From NCBI RefSeq assembly GCF_004010195.1, contig NC_057752.1, positions 6,212,044 through 6,276,043 of the forward strand: DNA of 64,000 nucleotides. The letters are read 5' to 3'. Each line of letters opens with the position of its first letter. The stretch's first letter is position 1. Source of the DNA: Chiloscyllium plagiosum. Its lineage: Eukaryota. The position numbers and the translations under genes were made by a program. The notes under the pieces were generated by a model, which had not been told where the DNA came from, did no database searches, and saw nothing but the letters and a program-made list of their open reading frames with translations. Shown here in pieces: positions 1-12,560 of this stretch.

Positions 1-292
1 GCACCAGAATGCAGTGTTCATGAGGTAAAAATGAAAGACAATGCGACTGTTAAGCCAGTAGAGACTGTTCCAGTTAATTGACCACTTCACCTTGTACTGA
101 ACATAACAGGTGAAATCCATTTATTTCTCAACAACGTACAAGGGCAGAATTACAAAAAAAACATATTCGATAAAAACTCACCAGCATAACCAAAAGGAAA
201 TGAAATAAACAAAAAATAAATTGGAATGTCAATAAGTAATTTATTGACTGAGCAAATACAAATCACCAAAGCCAAGGAATCGCCTCCTCACT

Positions 293-3140
293 TAGAATCA
301 CAGAATCATAGAGATGTACAGCACGGAAATAGACCCTTCGGTCCAACATGTCCATGCCCGACCAAACACCCTAAATAAATCTAGTCCCATTTGCCAGCTT
401 TTGGTCCATATCCCTCTAAACCCTCCCTATTCATATATCTATCCAGATGCCTTCTAAATGTTGCAAATGTACCAGCCTCCACCACTTCCTCTGGCAGCTC
501 ATTCCATACATGCACCACCCTCTGTGTGAAAATGTTGCCCCTTATGTCCCTCTTATATCTGTCCCCCTTCACCTAAACCTATGCCCTCTAGTTCTGGACT
601 CCTCCAACCCAAGGAAAAGACCTTGTCTATTTATCCTATCCTTGCTCCTCATGATTTTATAAAGCTCTATGAGGTCACCCCTCAGCCTCCAATGCTCCAG
701 GGAAAAAAGCCCCAGCCTATTCAACCTCTCCCTATAGCTCAAATCCTCCAACCCTGGCAATATCCTTGTAAATCTTTTCTGAACACTTTCAAGTTTCACA
801 ACATCCTTCTGATAGCAGGAAGACCAGAATAGCACACAGTATTTCAAAAGTGGCCTAACCATGTCTTGTACAGCCGCAACATGACCTCCCAACCTCTGTA
901 CTCAATGCACTGACCAATAAAGGAAAGCATACCAAACACCTTCTTCACTATCCTATCTACCTGCCACTCCATTTTCTTGGAACTAAGAATCTGCACTCCA
1001 AGGTCTCTTATTCAGCAACACTCCCCAGGACCTTACCATTAAGTGTATAAGTCCTGCCAGATTTGCCTTTCCAAAATGCAGCACCGCCCATTTATCTGAA
1101 TTAAACTCCATCTGCCACTCCTCGGCCCATTGATCGAGATCCCATTTTACGCTAAGGTAACCTTCTTCACCGTCCACTACACCTCCAATTTTGGTGTCAT
1201 CTGCAAACTTACTAACCATACCTCCTATGTTCACATCCAAACCATTTATATAAATGACGAAAAGCAGTGGACCCAGCACAGATCCTTGTGGCACACTGTT
1301 GGGTACAGGCCTCCTGTTTGAAAAACAACCCTCCACCACCACCCTCTGTCTTCTACCATCGAGCCAGTTGTGTGTCCAAATAACTAGATCTCCCTGTATT
1401 CCATGTGATCTAACGTTGCTAACCAGTCCAACATGAGGAACCTTGTTAAATGCCTCACTGAAGTGCAAAGAGATCATGCCCACTGCTCTGCTCTTATCAA
1501 TCCACTTTGTTACTTCTTCAAAAACCTCAACCAAGTTCGTGAGACACAATTTCCCATGCATAAAGCCATGCTGAGTATCCCTAATCAGTCCTTGACTTTC
1601 CAAATACATGTAAATCTTGTTTCTCGGGATTCCCTCCAACAACTTGCCCACCACCGATGTCAGGCTCATCGGTCTATAGTCCCTGTCTTGTCCTTACCAC
1701 CTTTCTTAAATAGTGGCACCACGTACACCAATCTCCACTCTTCCGACACCTCACCTGTGACTATCGATTATTCAAATATCTCATCAAGGGGCCCAGCAGT
1801 CACTTCTCTAGCTTCCCACAGAGTTCTAGGGTATACTTGATCAGGTCCTGGGGATTTATCCATTTTTTTGCATTATACACTGTCCAGCACCTCCTCCTCT
1901 GTAATATGGACATTGTGCAAGGTGTCACCATCTATTTCCCCATATTCTATATCTTCCATATCCTTTTCCACAGAAAACACTGATGTAAAATACTCGTTTA
2001 GTATCTCCCCCATCTCCTGCAGCTCCACACATAGGCGGCCTTGCTGATCTTTAAGGGGCCCTATTCTCTCCCTAGTTGCCCTTTTGACTGTAATGTATTT
2101 GTACAATTTCTGTGGATTCCCCCCTAACCCTATTTGCCAAAGCTATCTCATGTCCCCTTTTTGCCCTCCTGATTTCCCTCTTAAGTTCACTCCTACTGCC
2201 TTTATATTCTTCGAAGGATTCACTTGATCTCGGCTGTCTGTATGTGACACATGCCTCTTTCTTTTTCTTGACCAAAAGCTCAATTTCTCTAGTTATTCAG
2301 CATTCCCTACACCTACCAGCCTTGCCCTTCACCCTAACAGGTACATGCGATCTCTGGACTCTTGCTACCTCATTTCTGAAGGCTTCCCATTTTACAGCCG
2401 TTCCTTTATCTGAAACATCCGCCCCAATCAACTTTTGGAAGTTCTTGCGTTATATCATCAAAATTGGCCTTCCTTCAATTTGGAACTTTAACTAGTCTAT
2501 CCTTTTCCATCACTACAGTCTGTTCTGATATAATGTGATAGTTCCATTCCCATGCAATCCCGTGTTACAAGGAAATCGCAAAATAGCAGTATCATTTAAA
2601 GCATGGGGCTGAAATCACGTTATAGCCAATACAGGTAAGGAAAGTTCATTTTCTACAAATAACGGTCTAAATTCTTCAAATGTGTTATCGTCAATTTGCG
2701 TTGAAGGAACACGCATTATAGCAGAACCGACTGTATTTTAAAACTAACAGTATTATGGTCACTGGCCCCACAGTGCTCCCCCACTGACACCTCAGTCACT
2801 TGCCCTGCCTTATTTCCCAAGAGTAGGTCAAGTTTTGCACCTTCTCTAGTAGGTACATCCCCATACTGAATCAGAAAATTTTCTTGTACACACTTAGAAA
2901 ATTCCTCTCCATCCAAGCCCTTAACACTATGGCAGTCCCAGACAATATTTGGAAAGCTAAAATCCCCTACCATTACCACCCTATTATTCTTACAGATAAC
3001 TGAGATTCTCCTTACAAATTTGTTTCTCAATTTCCTGCTGACTGTTGGGGGGGTCTATAATATAATCCCAATAAGGTGATCATGCCTTTCTGTTTTCTCA
3101 GTTCCACCCAACTATGTTCCCTGAACATACTCCCAGTTTA
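293..3140 (-). mobile_element. CR1-clade LINE (HER1-like), ORF2 endonuclease + RT, decayed, interrupted by a MITE at 2516-2733
   Basis: ORF 983-1669 has RT motifs (VPQGSVLGPLLFVIYIN, KFADDTK); 2716-3030 has endonuclease-like GDFSFPNIVW and LDLLL; C-terminal RRLRGDLI-type and VWNELPEEVV motifs; (TATGATTC)n-type 3' tail at ~293-310. Confidence 0.95.
2516..2733. mobile_element. Tc1/mariner-type (pogo/Tigger-like) MITE
   Basis: Imperfect TIRs cagtctgttctgatataatgtg ... cgcattatagcagaaccgactg flanked by TA on both sides; removing it restores CR1 sequence catcacta|ttttaaaac. Confidence 0.85.
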
Positions 3141-3461
3141 AGGTGATTAGTTCCAGGGTACACTCCTCAATAATGATGGCAGATGGGGTTTGTCACAAGA
3201 AACTTGTCAATGTCTTCCTGTGTTTCCTGTTCCTTGATCAAAGTGATATCTGCTGGTGGATATTGTTCAAAAACGCTGCTCCATTTTGCAAAGACAGAAG
3301 GAAGGTAGGTTCAACAGGTTATCATGGTGTGGGGAAGTGAGGGGCAGCACGGATAATTTCGACCAGCCTGTGGATTTCCATCAGTTGGCAGATGTGTGGG
3401 CGAGTGATGTCTATGAGCAAAGGAAACTGAGGAGTGGTGCTGAGCAGATTGTTCACTTACT

Positions 3462-4045
3462 TAATTTAGATAAATGTATGGTGTTGCATTTTGGTAGGTC
3501 AAACCAGGGCAGGACTTACAATGGTAGGGCCCTGGGGAGTGTTACAGAACAGAGATCTATGGGGACATGTTCATAGCTCCTTGAAAGTGGAGTCACAGGT
3601 AGACAGGGTGGTGAAGGTTGTGAAGGCAGCTTTTGGCATGCTTGCTGGAGCTTAGGAGACTGAGAGGCAACATTCATAGAGGTCTACCAAATCATGAGAG
3701 ACATAGATAAGGTCAATGGCCAACAGCTTTTCCCCCTGGTAGGGAAGTCTAAAACTAGAGGGCATGGGTTTAAGGTGAGAGGGGAGAGGCACAAAAGGGT
3801 CCAGAGGGGCAATTTTTCACACAGAGGATGGTGAGGGTCTGGAACAAGCTGCCAGAGGTAGTGGTAGAGGCGAATACAATTTTGGCATTTAAGAAACATT
3901 TAGACAGGTACATGGATGAGATGGGTATGGAGAGATATGGACCAAACTCAGGCAAATGGAACAAGATTAATTGTGAAAAGTGGGCAGCATGGACAAGTTG
4001 GGCCGACGTGTCTGTTTCCATGCCGTAAACTTCTAAGACTCTATA
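3462..4045 (+). mobile_element. CR1 LINE 3' fragment
   Basis: DKCMVLHFGR and RVWNKLPEVVVEA motifs plus CR1 3' UTR. Confidence 0.9.
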
Positions 4046-5029
4046 ATGCACATTCTTGCATTCAGTTGGGTGTCGACAAGATGTGTGTTTGATTACCTTT
4101 GCCAGGTAGATCAACAAGTGAAACAAAACAACTTCAAGTTCTGAGACCAAACTTCACCGCTTCCCTCATGCTACATATAAGCTAAAGCATAAATGGTGTA
4201 TCATCCACAAGGCCAGGTAACACAGGATGCAGGGAACTGGACCAGGTTTTAGTTCCACTTCTTCCATTGAGGCCTTGAACAAGCAACTTCTGAGTTCTGA
4301 GGCACAAACACTCCAAATGGAGACAACAAATGACCCACTTGCTTCACACTATAACTATGGGGATTAAGGATGAGATATAGCTGGTATTCTTCCTCCTCTA
4401 TTCCCCATGTCCCAAGAGGAGATGAATTTGAGGGTACTTTTTTCTTCTCCTTTACGCCTAGAACTGAATCGCAAAAGCTGTTGACAGTTAAACTTTTAAC
4501 GAAGGTCACCTCCTGCTTTCAGTATCTGACTGCCAATACAGATGGCATGGAGAATGGAAACATTATGCTCACTGAGTAGGCAGCTGCTGTTTGGAGGCTT
4601 TTTTTAAGCCTTTGCTGATCTCTGAAGTGTGCTCTAGCTAAAAATGGGACGGTTACTGCAAGATTGAATGAGATGGCAGCTCACTATGTAAGTTAAAAAT
4701 TAGACTTCTGCTTCCTGAGTCAAAAAGGTTTAGCTCTGGAAAGAAAGCTGTTGAAGAAAAAATGCCTTGACTTTCAGAACACACTTGGACCAATGCAGTA
4801 AACATCGTTTGGTAACTTAAAATTCAAAGTTGGATTCAAGTCTGCCTCTATTGTTAGCTGGATCAAAGGAACATGGGCTAATTGGAAAATCGCCAGCTTA
4901 ATTCAACTGTCCCTCCGTTGTGTTCTACCCACAGAGCAGGCCCGAACTCAAGTCTCACACGAGTTTCTTGAGTCATTAGCAAGAGAAGATGTCCTGATTA
5001 TTTAACTATGGGACAAAATAACAAATGAT

Positions 5030-5400
5030 AACTTGCATTTATATAATACATTTTACATAGTAAGACATCCCAAGATGCTTCACAGCAGCACAAACAAAAA
5101 CTTGTCACTGTGCCACATAAGAAAATATTAAGAGAGGTAAAGGATGGAGGAATTATGAAGTAACTTAAAAGAGGAGAGAGAGAGGCAGAGAGGATAGGGA
5201 TGGAAGGCCTCAGCAGAAGACATGGCTGCCGACATGGAGCAATGGAAACTGGGAATGCACAAGAGTTCAGATTTCAAACATTGTAGAGATCTCAGAGGGT
5301 TTTAGGGCTGGTGGAGATTACAGAGGTAGGAAGGGGCCAAGGGGAGAGATTTACGACATTGTCAGATCAGGAGCCCATGTTGGGCAGAAAGTGGAGATCA
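5030..5400 (-). mobile_element. L2-like LINE 3' end (old)
   Basis: Reverse strand ends ...tatataaatgcaagtt; similar to copies at 9940-10470, 29255-29690 and 57560-58050. Confidence 0.65.
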
Positions 5401-5914
5401 TCCATGATCTGACCGAATGGAAGAGTAGGTTTGAGTGGTCAATTGGCCTATAAATGCTCCTATTTTTAATGTGGGTACAGCAGTACACTCAGGCACAGGT
5501 TGCATTCAAAAAAGCAAATTGAATGCTGAAACTAAAATAGGTCAAGGAAGTCATCGAACTGGTCAGTTCCCAATTTGAATACTGTGCCCAGTTTTTCTCA
5601 AATGTATTTATTTACAGGATGTGAGCATCACTTGTGGGGTCAGAATTTATTACCTTCGAGGCCCTTGAGAAGATGGTAATGAACCACTTTCTCTAACCGT
5701 TGCAGTGCTTTGGTGAACGTTGAGTCTGGCTTCAGCCGCCAATAAATTGTTGGCCACACAGACACGTGTTAGTTTTACTGGAGACTGCTGCTGATTACTC
5801 AAGGCGATTCCTCTCACCCAACAACTGTCGAAGTAAAACAGCCCACATTTCTCCAAATGACCAAAGTAATCAGATTCACCAGTGAACAAATTACAGTAAG
5901 GATCAGGTTAACTG

Positions 5915-6250
5915 GTTTGGTGGTAATGGTTTGCTGGCTGAGTGATCCAGAGGCCCAGGCTAATGCTCTGGGGTCATGAATTCAAATCCCATCATGGATT
6001 TGAATTTAGTTAATAAATCTGAAATTGAAAGCTAATCTCAGTCATAATGACTGAGAAATTACCATTGAATGATGTAAGAATCCATCTGGCTCACTGATGT
6101 CTATTAGAGAATGGAAATCTGATCCAGTCTACTTACATGTGGTAGAAGTGTAGTTGATTCGTAAGTGCCCTTTTACCAAGCACTCAGTTCACGGGCAGTT
6201 AGGGATAGACAAAAAATGCTGGCTTTGCCTATATCCCATCAGAGAATAAA
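5915..6250 (+). mobile_element. tRNA-derived SINE (third family; 3' tail shared with a CR1/L2-group LINE)
   Basis: Box A/B-like head (ttcaaatccc), body catctggctcactgatgtc..., tail gggcagttagggatagacaaaaaatgctgg; paralogues at 14608-14915, 24325-24620 and 62005-62500. Confidence 0.75.
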
Positions 6251-6338
6251 TGATGCACTTTCAGGTTACCATGCTGGACAAGCAGAGTAGTGTAGAGAGT
6301 GAGCTTTAACTGCTTCCCTTCCCTTTTGCTATAAAACA

Positions 6339-6653
6339 TGGCGATGGCTCAGTGGTTAGCACTGCTGCCTCACAGCACCAGGGTCCCAGGTTCAATTCTA
6401 GCCTCATGCGACTATCTGTGTGGAGTTTGCACATTCTCCTGTGTCTGCGTGGGTTTCCTCCAGGTGCTCTGGTTTCCTCCCACAGTCCAAAGATGTGCAG
6501 GTTAGGTGAATTGACTGTGCTAAATTACCCATAGTGTTAGGTGCATTAGTCAGAGGGAAATGGGTCTGGGTGGGTTACTCTTCGGAGCATCGGTGTGGAC
6601 TTGGTGGGCCGAAGGGCCTGTTTCCACACTGTAGAGAATCTAATCTAATCTAA
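6339..6653 (+). mobile_element. HE1-like V-SINE
   Basis: tRNA head tggctcagtggttagcactgctgcctcacag...ggttcaattc, V-domain tgtgtggagtttgcacattctcc...ggtttcctcccacagtccaaagatgtgcagg, CR1-like tail, (AATCT)n end. Confidence 0.92.
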
Positions 6654-7282
6654 AACTGCTGACAGCCTGAATCTTAGCCAACTCTTCAGGCCAAATCGAG
6701 TCTGTAGTCACAGGTGTTAACTGTGTCCCACTGCCATTAATAAAAAAAAGTAAAAGCGAAAAAAAATGCAGAGATAGAGAAAGTGCAAAGGGAGAGAGAC
6801 TGATTGTATTGTTCTTTGAAAGAGCCAGAAGAGACTCAATGGGTTGAATGGCCTCAGTCTCTGCTGAACTATTCGATGATTTCCAATCAGGAGCTTGCCA
6901 CACGGGATTCCTGCTGCTTGAGTTTGACAGCCTGATATACAGTAAGTACGAAGTGACAATGGCTGGATTCTGCCCCAAAACTGAGTTCATTTCTTTTCCT
7001 CAGAAAAACAAAGCAGCTTTTTAATAAAATGTCCCTCCTGGTTTGAATACATTACATGGAAATTTTGATTTCCCACAAAAAGTCACATTGACATCTCCAT
7101 CAGGGAATCCTTGGGGAGAATCGGTTTCTGAAAAAGGGTTTACGTGCCTCCTTTGAAACTAAAATACAGGCATTTAAAAAAAAAATTGACAAACCTTAAA
7201 TTAGGAGCCAAGACCAATTGTATCGGACACTGCCAAGTTTCACACTTACAGGTTGCAGCTGCGGCTCAGTGGGTTGTGGCTG

Positions 7283-7585
7283 TAGCTCAGTGGGGGCGGC
7301 ACGGTGACTCAGTGGTTAGCACTGCAGCCTCACAGTGCCAGGGATCTGGGTTCGATTCCAGCTTTGGGTGACTGTCTGTGTGGAGTTTGCACATTCTCCC
7401 AGTGTCTGTGTGGGTTTCCTCTGGGTGTTCTGGTTTCCTCCCATAAGCCAATGATGTGCAGGTTAGGTGGATTAGCCAAGGGAAATGTCAGGTTACAGGG
7501 TATGGGTCTGGGTGGAATGCTCTTCAGAGGGTCAGTATGGACTCCATAGGCCAAATGTAGGGATCCATACTGTAGGGATTCTATT
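7283..7585 (+). mobile_element. HE1-like V-SINE inserted into the head of an older tRNA-SINE
   Basis: Same head and V-domain as 6339-6653; flanked by gctcagtgg upstream and gaatcagaaagttgtggattcaagtccc downstream. Confidence 0.88.
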
Positions 7586-8334
7586 CTTGCCTTTGAATCA
7601 GAAAGTTGTGGATTCAAGTCCCTCTTCATCTAAACCTATCAGCATATCTTTCTATTCTTTTTCACTCCTGCACTCAACCAGCCTCTTTGCCTATTCAGAA
7701 CATCTGCGTAATATGTTCAAAATGTGGGTGTGATTAAATTATTTTTCCCCCCTGTGCTCCTCATGTCAGGCTATTACTAAGAAAATCTCTAAAGGAACCA
7801 ATTATAAACAGCCGAACTGAGTGGCCTGGTCATCTTGTTGGCTGTAACTGATAGAGCAGTGAGATTTCCCGAACCTTTTGTTAGTACAAGTTTCAGAGTC
7901 TCGTTCTGCGTACTGAAATCACTTTCCATGTGAAGAGAAAGACAAAGAGAACACAAAAACGCAGCAAACTAAAATGTAACTGAGCCCAAAGATAGAGATT
8001 GTTGTAACACCACTTGCTCGTCACTGCTCAGCTTGTGGATTTTAACTGTATTTATGTCTCTGTCATGAGCAGCACCTCATGTAACTGAGCTGCTCGTACC
8101 CCACTTGTCCAAGATGAATCAGTTTGAGGAGCATTGATTAGATGGCAAGTAGATGGTTTCTAATGCAGGCATATGTTTTCTTGGATACAGCAAGGGCCCT
8201 TTCTCGAACACTCATGTAACACGAGTAGGAACAATAACACAGGGATTAACAACCATTTCTGATAACACCTGGTCACAGAAGATAGGTCTTTTTTTTGGTC
8301 TTTTTTTGCCATCAGATGCAGCCAAAGTACTTAC

Positions 8335-8379
8335 CAGTTCCAGGCTCCGTGGAGCTGGAGGTACACAGATGCTCATTAC
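8335..8379 (-). CDS. Candidate 45-nt internal exon of an unidentified host gene (VMSICVPPAPRSLEL in phase 0, or xNEHLCTSSSTEPGT in phase 1)
   Basis: Minus strand reads tgcgttttttgtgtttttcag|GTAATGAGC...GGAACTG|gtaagtac: consensus acceptor and donor, length a multiple of 3, unique-sequence context. Confidence 0.6.
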
Positions 8380-9939
8380 CTGAAAAACACAAAAAACGCA
8401 AAGGTCCGATCATTTGGAAATCAATTAACAATAAGAATTAGCTGGACAACAAGCTCATCCTGCTTATTCCAACAATTCCACATATCATTTCATCCCAGAT
8501 ACTGAACATGAACAGAGCCATGGGAAATATCCCCACCCTAACCAGTTAGCAGTATGCGAGTGTTCTTGTGTAATTGACTCTGTCCTTGCAGTTAGTCCCT
8601 TACTGAGTCAGTACGGGAGTGTTCTTGGGAAGAAAATAAAACAGCTGAGTTTTGGGACACAAATTGAAAACATTACTTGCTGCTCATTTCCTTTCCTCTT
8701 CGCTGAAATATAGTCCCATGGGTGATGGGATCCCTTCCAGGATCTAACTCAACTCTGAGTGCAGGCAGTATGTAATGGCAGACCGCACTGCCCAGGCCAT
8801 ACCAGCCAAGCTTCACCCATCCTCACCCAATGTGAGCAGGAGCAGGAAGCCTGGCTCACCACTCCTCTTTAATCCATGACACCAATTGCAGTCATAAGAC
8901 CTGTCACAACAAAGTCCTGAATGGATTTGAAATTCGGATCAGAATTTTAAAATTGCAGCATCACTTAACCAGGAATCACTGTAGGTCAGTGAGCACAAGG
9001 GTAAATAGGGGAGTGGAATTTGTAGCAAAATTTTGGATGATGTCAAGTTTATGGAGGATAGAATGTGGGAGATCTGCCAGGAGTGCATTGGAATAGTCAG
9101 GCCGAGACATAAGAGAGGCATGAATAGGGGTTACAGTAGCAGATGAGCTCAGACAGGGATGATGTCGGGGAATATCAGGTGGTAAAAGATTACCTTTGTA
9201 AGGATGCGAGTATGAGATTGGAGCTCATTTCAGGGTCAAATGTGACGCCATTCAATCATAATTGCTACTGCATATGGTGGGCACACATGTGCTGATGCAA
9301 TTTCCCTGCCATACATGATAGGTGGTACAAATGGAAACAATTATGTTGTGGCAATAGACCAACACGTGAAATTGTTAACTGTTTGAACAGCAGACTGAAG
9401 CAGCCCTATGACCTGATCCTGCCTAAAATCATGGGAGATTTTAAACTGAAATATCCAGGGATTGACACATTATATGTCCTGGTTCTGCTGATTTCCATTC
9501 ATGTGGGCCCAGCCATTGCCACGGGATGAGTGGAAGTGACACGCCTGGTATTGACATTCCCTGGGAAAGCTCGACACATACAGGCCTTGGGTCTTTCTCC
9601 TTTCACCTGTACCTCTCCACTCTGCAATCCTTCCACCAAGGATCACCAGTATGGTGTGGAAAGTAAGGCCATGATGTCTGGGAACAAGGTTGAGAGATGT
9701 AGCCAGCAAGCCCACCAAAGAGCAAGCTGTTAGCCAAGAAACAACACCTTGGTGCCACCAAGCTTTTGGAGAGGACAAACAATCAATCACGACCCACAGC
9801 ATGTTACGTATGAAGGAAGCTGTCACTGCCTTCTTACAATTCCAAACATATTGGGGAGGGGGGGTGGGGGGAAGGTGGGGGGGAGGTGTCAAAAGGCTGA
9901 CTCCTGCTCCAAGGAAATACATCCATATGTAAAACAAAG

Positions 9940-10470
9940 TGTGACACCAGCACATAAGGAAACATTAGGTCGGATGCCCAAATGTTCAGTCAAAGACATC
10001 AGTTCTAAGGAGTATCTTAAAGGAGGAAAGTGAGGTAAAAAGAATGAGAGATTGAGGGAGGGAATTCTAGAGCCTGGGGTCTTGGCAACTGAAGGCATGG
10101 AGCAACTAAAATTGGGATGCTGAAGAGGCAAGAATCAGTGGAGTGCAGATATCTCAGAGGGTTATGGCTGGAGGAGATTCTAGACGTAGGGAGGAGCAAG
10201 CCATGGAGGTATTTGAAAACAAGGATGAAAAGTTTAAAATCAAGACATTGCATGACTGGAACCCAATGTGGGTCAGTCAGCATGAGGGAGATGGGGAATG
10301 GCATTAGGTGTGTCACTTGAGTCCAGCAGATATTTGGCTAGCCTCATGTGTATAGAGGGTAAAATGTGGAAGACCAGCCAAGAGTGCATTGTAATAGTTG
10401 AGTCTGGAAGTTTAAAAAAAGGCACAGACAAGGGTTTCAGCAATAAGCTGGATGGAGTGATATCACAGAG
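9940..10470 (-). mobile_element. L2-like LINE 3' fragment
   Basis: ORF 10017-10316 HWVPVMQCLDFKLFILVFKYLHGL is a typical L2 ORF2 C-terminus. Confidence 0.8.
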
Positions 10471-11129
10471 GTGGTGCAAATATACCACTAACTGACCTGG
10501 TACGGTCTGGGAATAAAACACCTGCTTGGAAATGACTGGGAGTGATGTTATTGTGGGGATGTTTAATGAAACTAGTTCAAATTCCTCTTCTGCTCGAAAG
10601 AGAGTAATAATTTAATGTGGGTTGATGCCTCTGCTAAAATAGCAACGAGACAACTTAATCTGAATGTTGTTTCTCACTGTAAAGGCAAATTGTTAAGAGT
10701 AGTGCGAGTTAGTCATTCTTTGCATTCAGAAAATTGGACATTTTGTTAACACACAATGTGCAGAAACAGGTCATTCAGCCCGACTATCCTGTGCCGGTGC
10801 TCATGTTCCACATAAGCTTCCACCCACATCACGTGAGCAAAACTCATCAGCAGGTCCTTCAATTCCTTACTTCCCAGATAATCACAGCCATGAATTTAGG
10901 TAAACCAGTGAAACAGTCAAAGGTTTCTGCATAGTCATTCAGGTGATACATGGGGTTAAACTTTGGAAAGAAACCTCTCTAAAAATGCTTATAAAGCTCG
11001 GTGGAATCACCTTAGGAAGAGGACCAGCAGAGTGCCATGGAGAGTCACTGGTGGCACAGAGTTTCTGGGTGGGAAGCAAAAGCATTGACCTCTGTTTAAA
11101 GACACCAGATGCAGAACTAAGCACCACAT

Positions 11130-11950
11130 CTGAATCACTACCCTGGCTTCAAACTATATCGCTGTTCCTTCAGTATTGCTGGGTCAAACTCCTGCAACAG
11201 CCTACCAACAGCATTGTGGATCAACCTGCACCAAATGGACTGCAGCAGTCCAAGAAGGCAGAGTGGTGCTGGAAAAGCACAGCAGGTCAGGCAGCATCCG
11301 AGGAGCAGGAAAACCGATGTTTCGGGCAAAAGCCCTTCATCAGGAATAGAGGCAGAGTGCCTGCAGGGTGGAGAGATAAATGAGAGGAGGGTGGGGGTGG
11401 GGAGAAAGTAGCATAGAGTACAATCGGTGAGTGGGGGTGGGGATGGAGGTGCACCCGCACCAATCAACCCCACCGTCCTGTGGCCCAACATTTCAACTCC
11501 CCCTCCCACTCAGCCAAGGACATGGAGGTCCTGGGCCTCCCAGCTTAGCACTGTCCTCATGACCTGTCCTACTTGGCAATCTCCCTTCCCACCTATCTGC
11601 TCCACCCTTCTCTCTGACATATCACCTCCATCCCTACCCCCATTCACCTATGGTACTCTATGCTACTTTCTCTCCACCCCCACCCTCCTCTCATTTATCT
11701 CTCCAGTCTGCCTCTATTCCTGAAGAAGGGCTTTTGCCCGAAACATCGATCTTCCTGCTCCTCGGATGCTGCCTGAACTGCTGTGCTTTTCCAGCAATAC
11801 TCTAATCTAGAATCTGGATTCCAGCATCTGCAGCCCTTGTTTTTTACCTAGTCCAAGAAGGCAGCCTACCACCATCTTCTCAAGGACAATTCGGAAAGGG
11901 CAAGAAAAGCTAACCCAGCCAATGGCATCCACATCTCCTGAATTCATTTT
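11130..11950 (+). mobile_element. CR1/L2-group LINE 3' end, interrupted by a Penelope foldback insertion
   Basis: gggtcaaactcctg...cagcagtccaagaaggcag|...|cctaccaccatcttctcaagg; paralogues at 13975-14370, 30230-30485 and 46385-46460. Confidence 0.75.
11262..11849. mobile_element. Penelope-like element fragment with inverted terminal repeats and 15-bp TSD
   Basis: 11261-11450 is the reverse complement of ~11623-11803; TSD agtccaagaaggcag at 11247-11261 and 11850-11864; hammerhead-type cores in both arms. Confidence 0.88.
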
Positions 11951-12329
11951 CAAAAATTAAGAGCAGGCCAACATTCAAATTAATTTGGCACTTTTACTCA
12001 AACCATTGATTCAGGCATGATGTACCTCAAATATTTTTCTTCTTTTGGGCTGTCAACACTTTGATTTAATTCAATAGCTGCTGAGAAGTTTGACAGAATA
12101 AACACTTGTGTTCTGTTTATAGAACTTTGTCCTTCTATCTACAGGGCTTTAATAAAATGGAAATTAAACACAGACAGAGAGCTCTTTCAGCTAATTGTGT
12201 TATGTCTGATTCTCTCCACCTCACTTGACTTTCATATCATCATTGAAAGAAGACCCTTAAAAACTCCTGTCCAGGTCACTTTTGTTACCTCCAGAGTTGA
12301 CGAATGCAATGTATAAAAACACATCTTCC

Positions 12330-12560
12330 ACCCTCCAAAAACGTCCATTCAAAACTCTGCTGCTGTATCCTAACTGATACAGATTCTTGTTCACCCAGGA
12401 CTGTGACCTAAAATTCCTAACTCTGTTTTCAAATCCTTCCATAGCCTCACTTCTCCCTATCTCTATAATCTCCCCTAGACCCATTTGCCTGCAGGGTATC
12501 TACGCTCCTCAAATTCTGGCCTCTTTAGCATCCCCAATTTTAATTGTTTCACCATTGGTG
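12330..12560 (+). mobile_element. L2-like LINE 3' fragment
   Basis: Similar to the reverse complement of 10017-10316 (ttttcaaatccttccatagcctc...). Confidence 0.7.

Noticed and set aside
3140..3460. Unassigned segment between two opposing CR1 copies
   Set aside because: The minus-strand frames I translated contain stops and no recognisable motif; probably an unidentified repeat fragment.
6339..6410. tRNA genes at SINE heads
   Set aside because: Box A/B similarity runs straight into SINE bodies and no complete cloverleaf is present.
9856..9887. G-rich run with G-quadruplex potential
   Set aside because: It is an isolated low-complexity tract with no supporting context.
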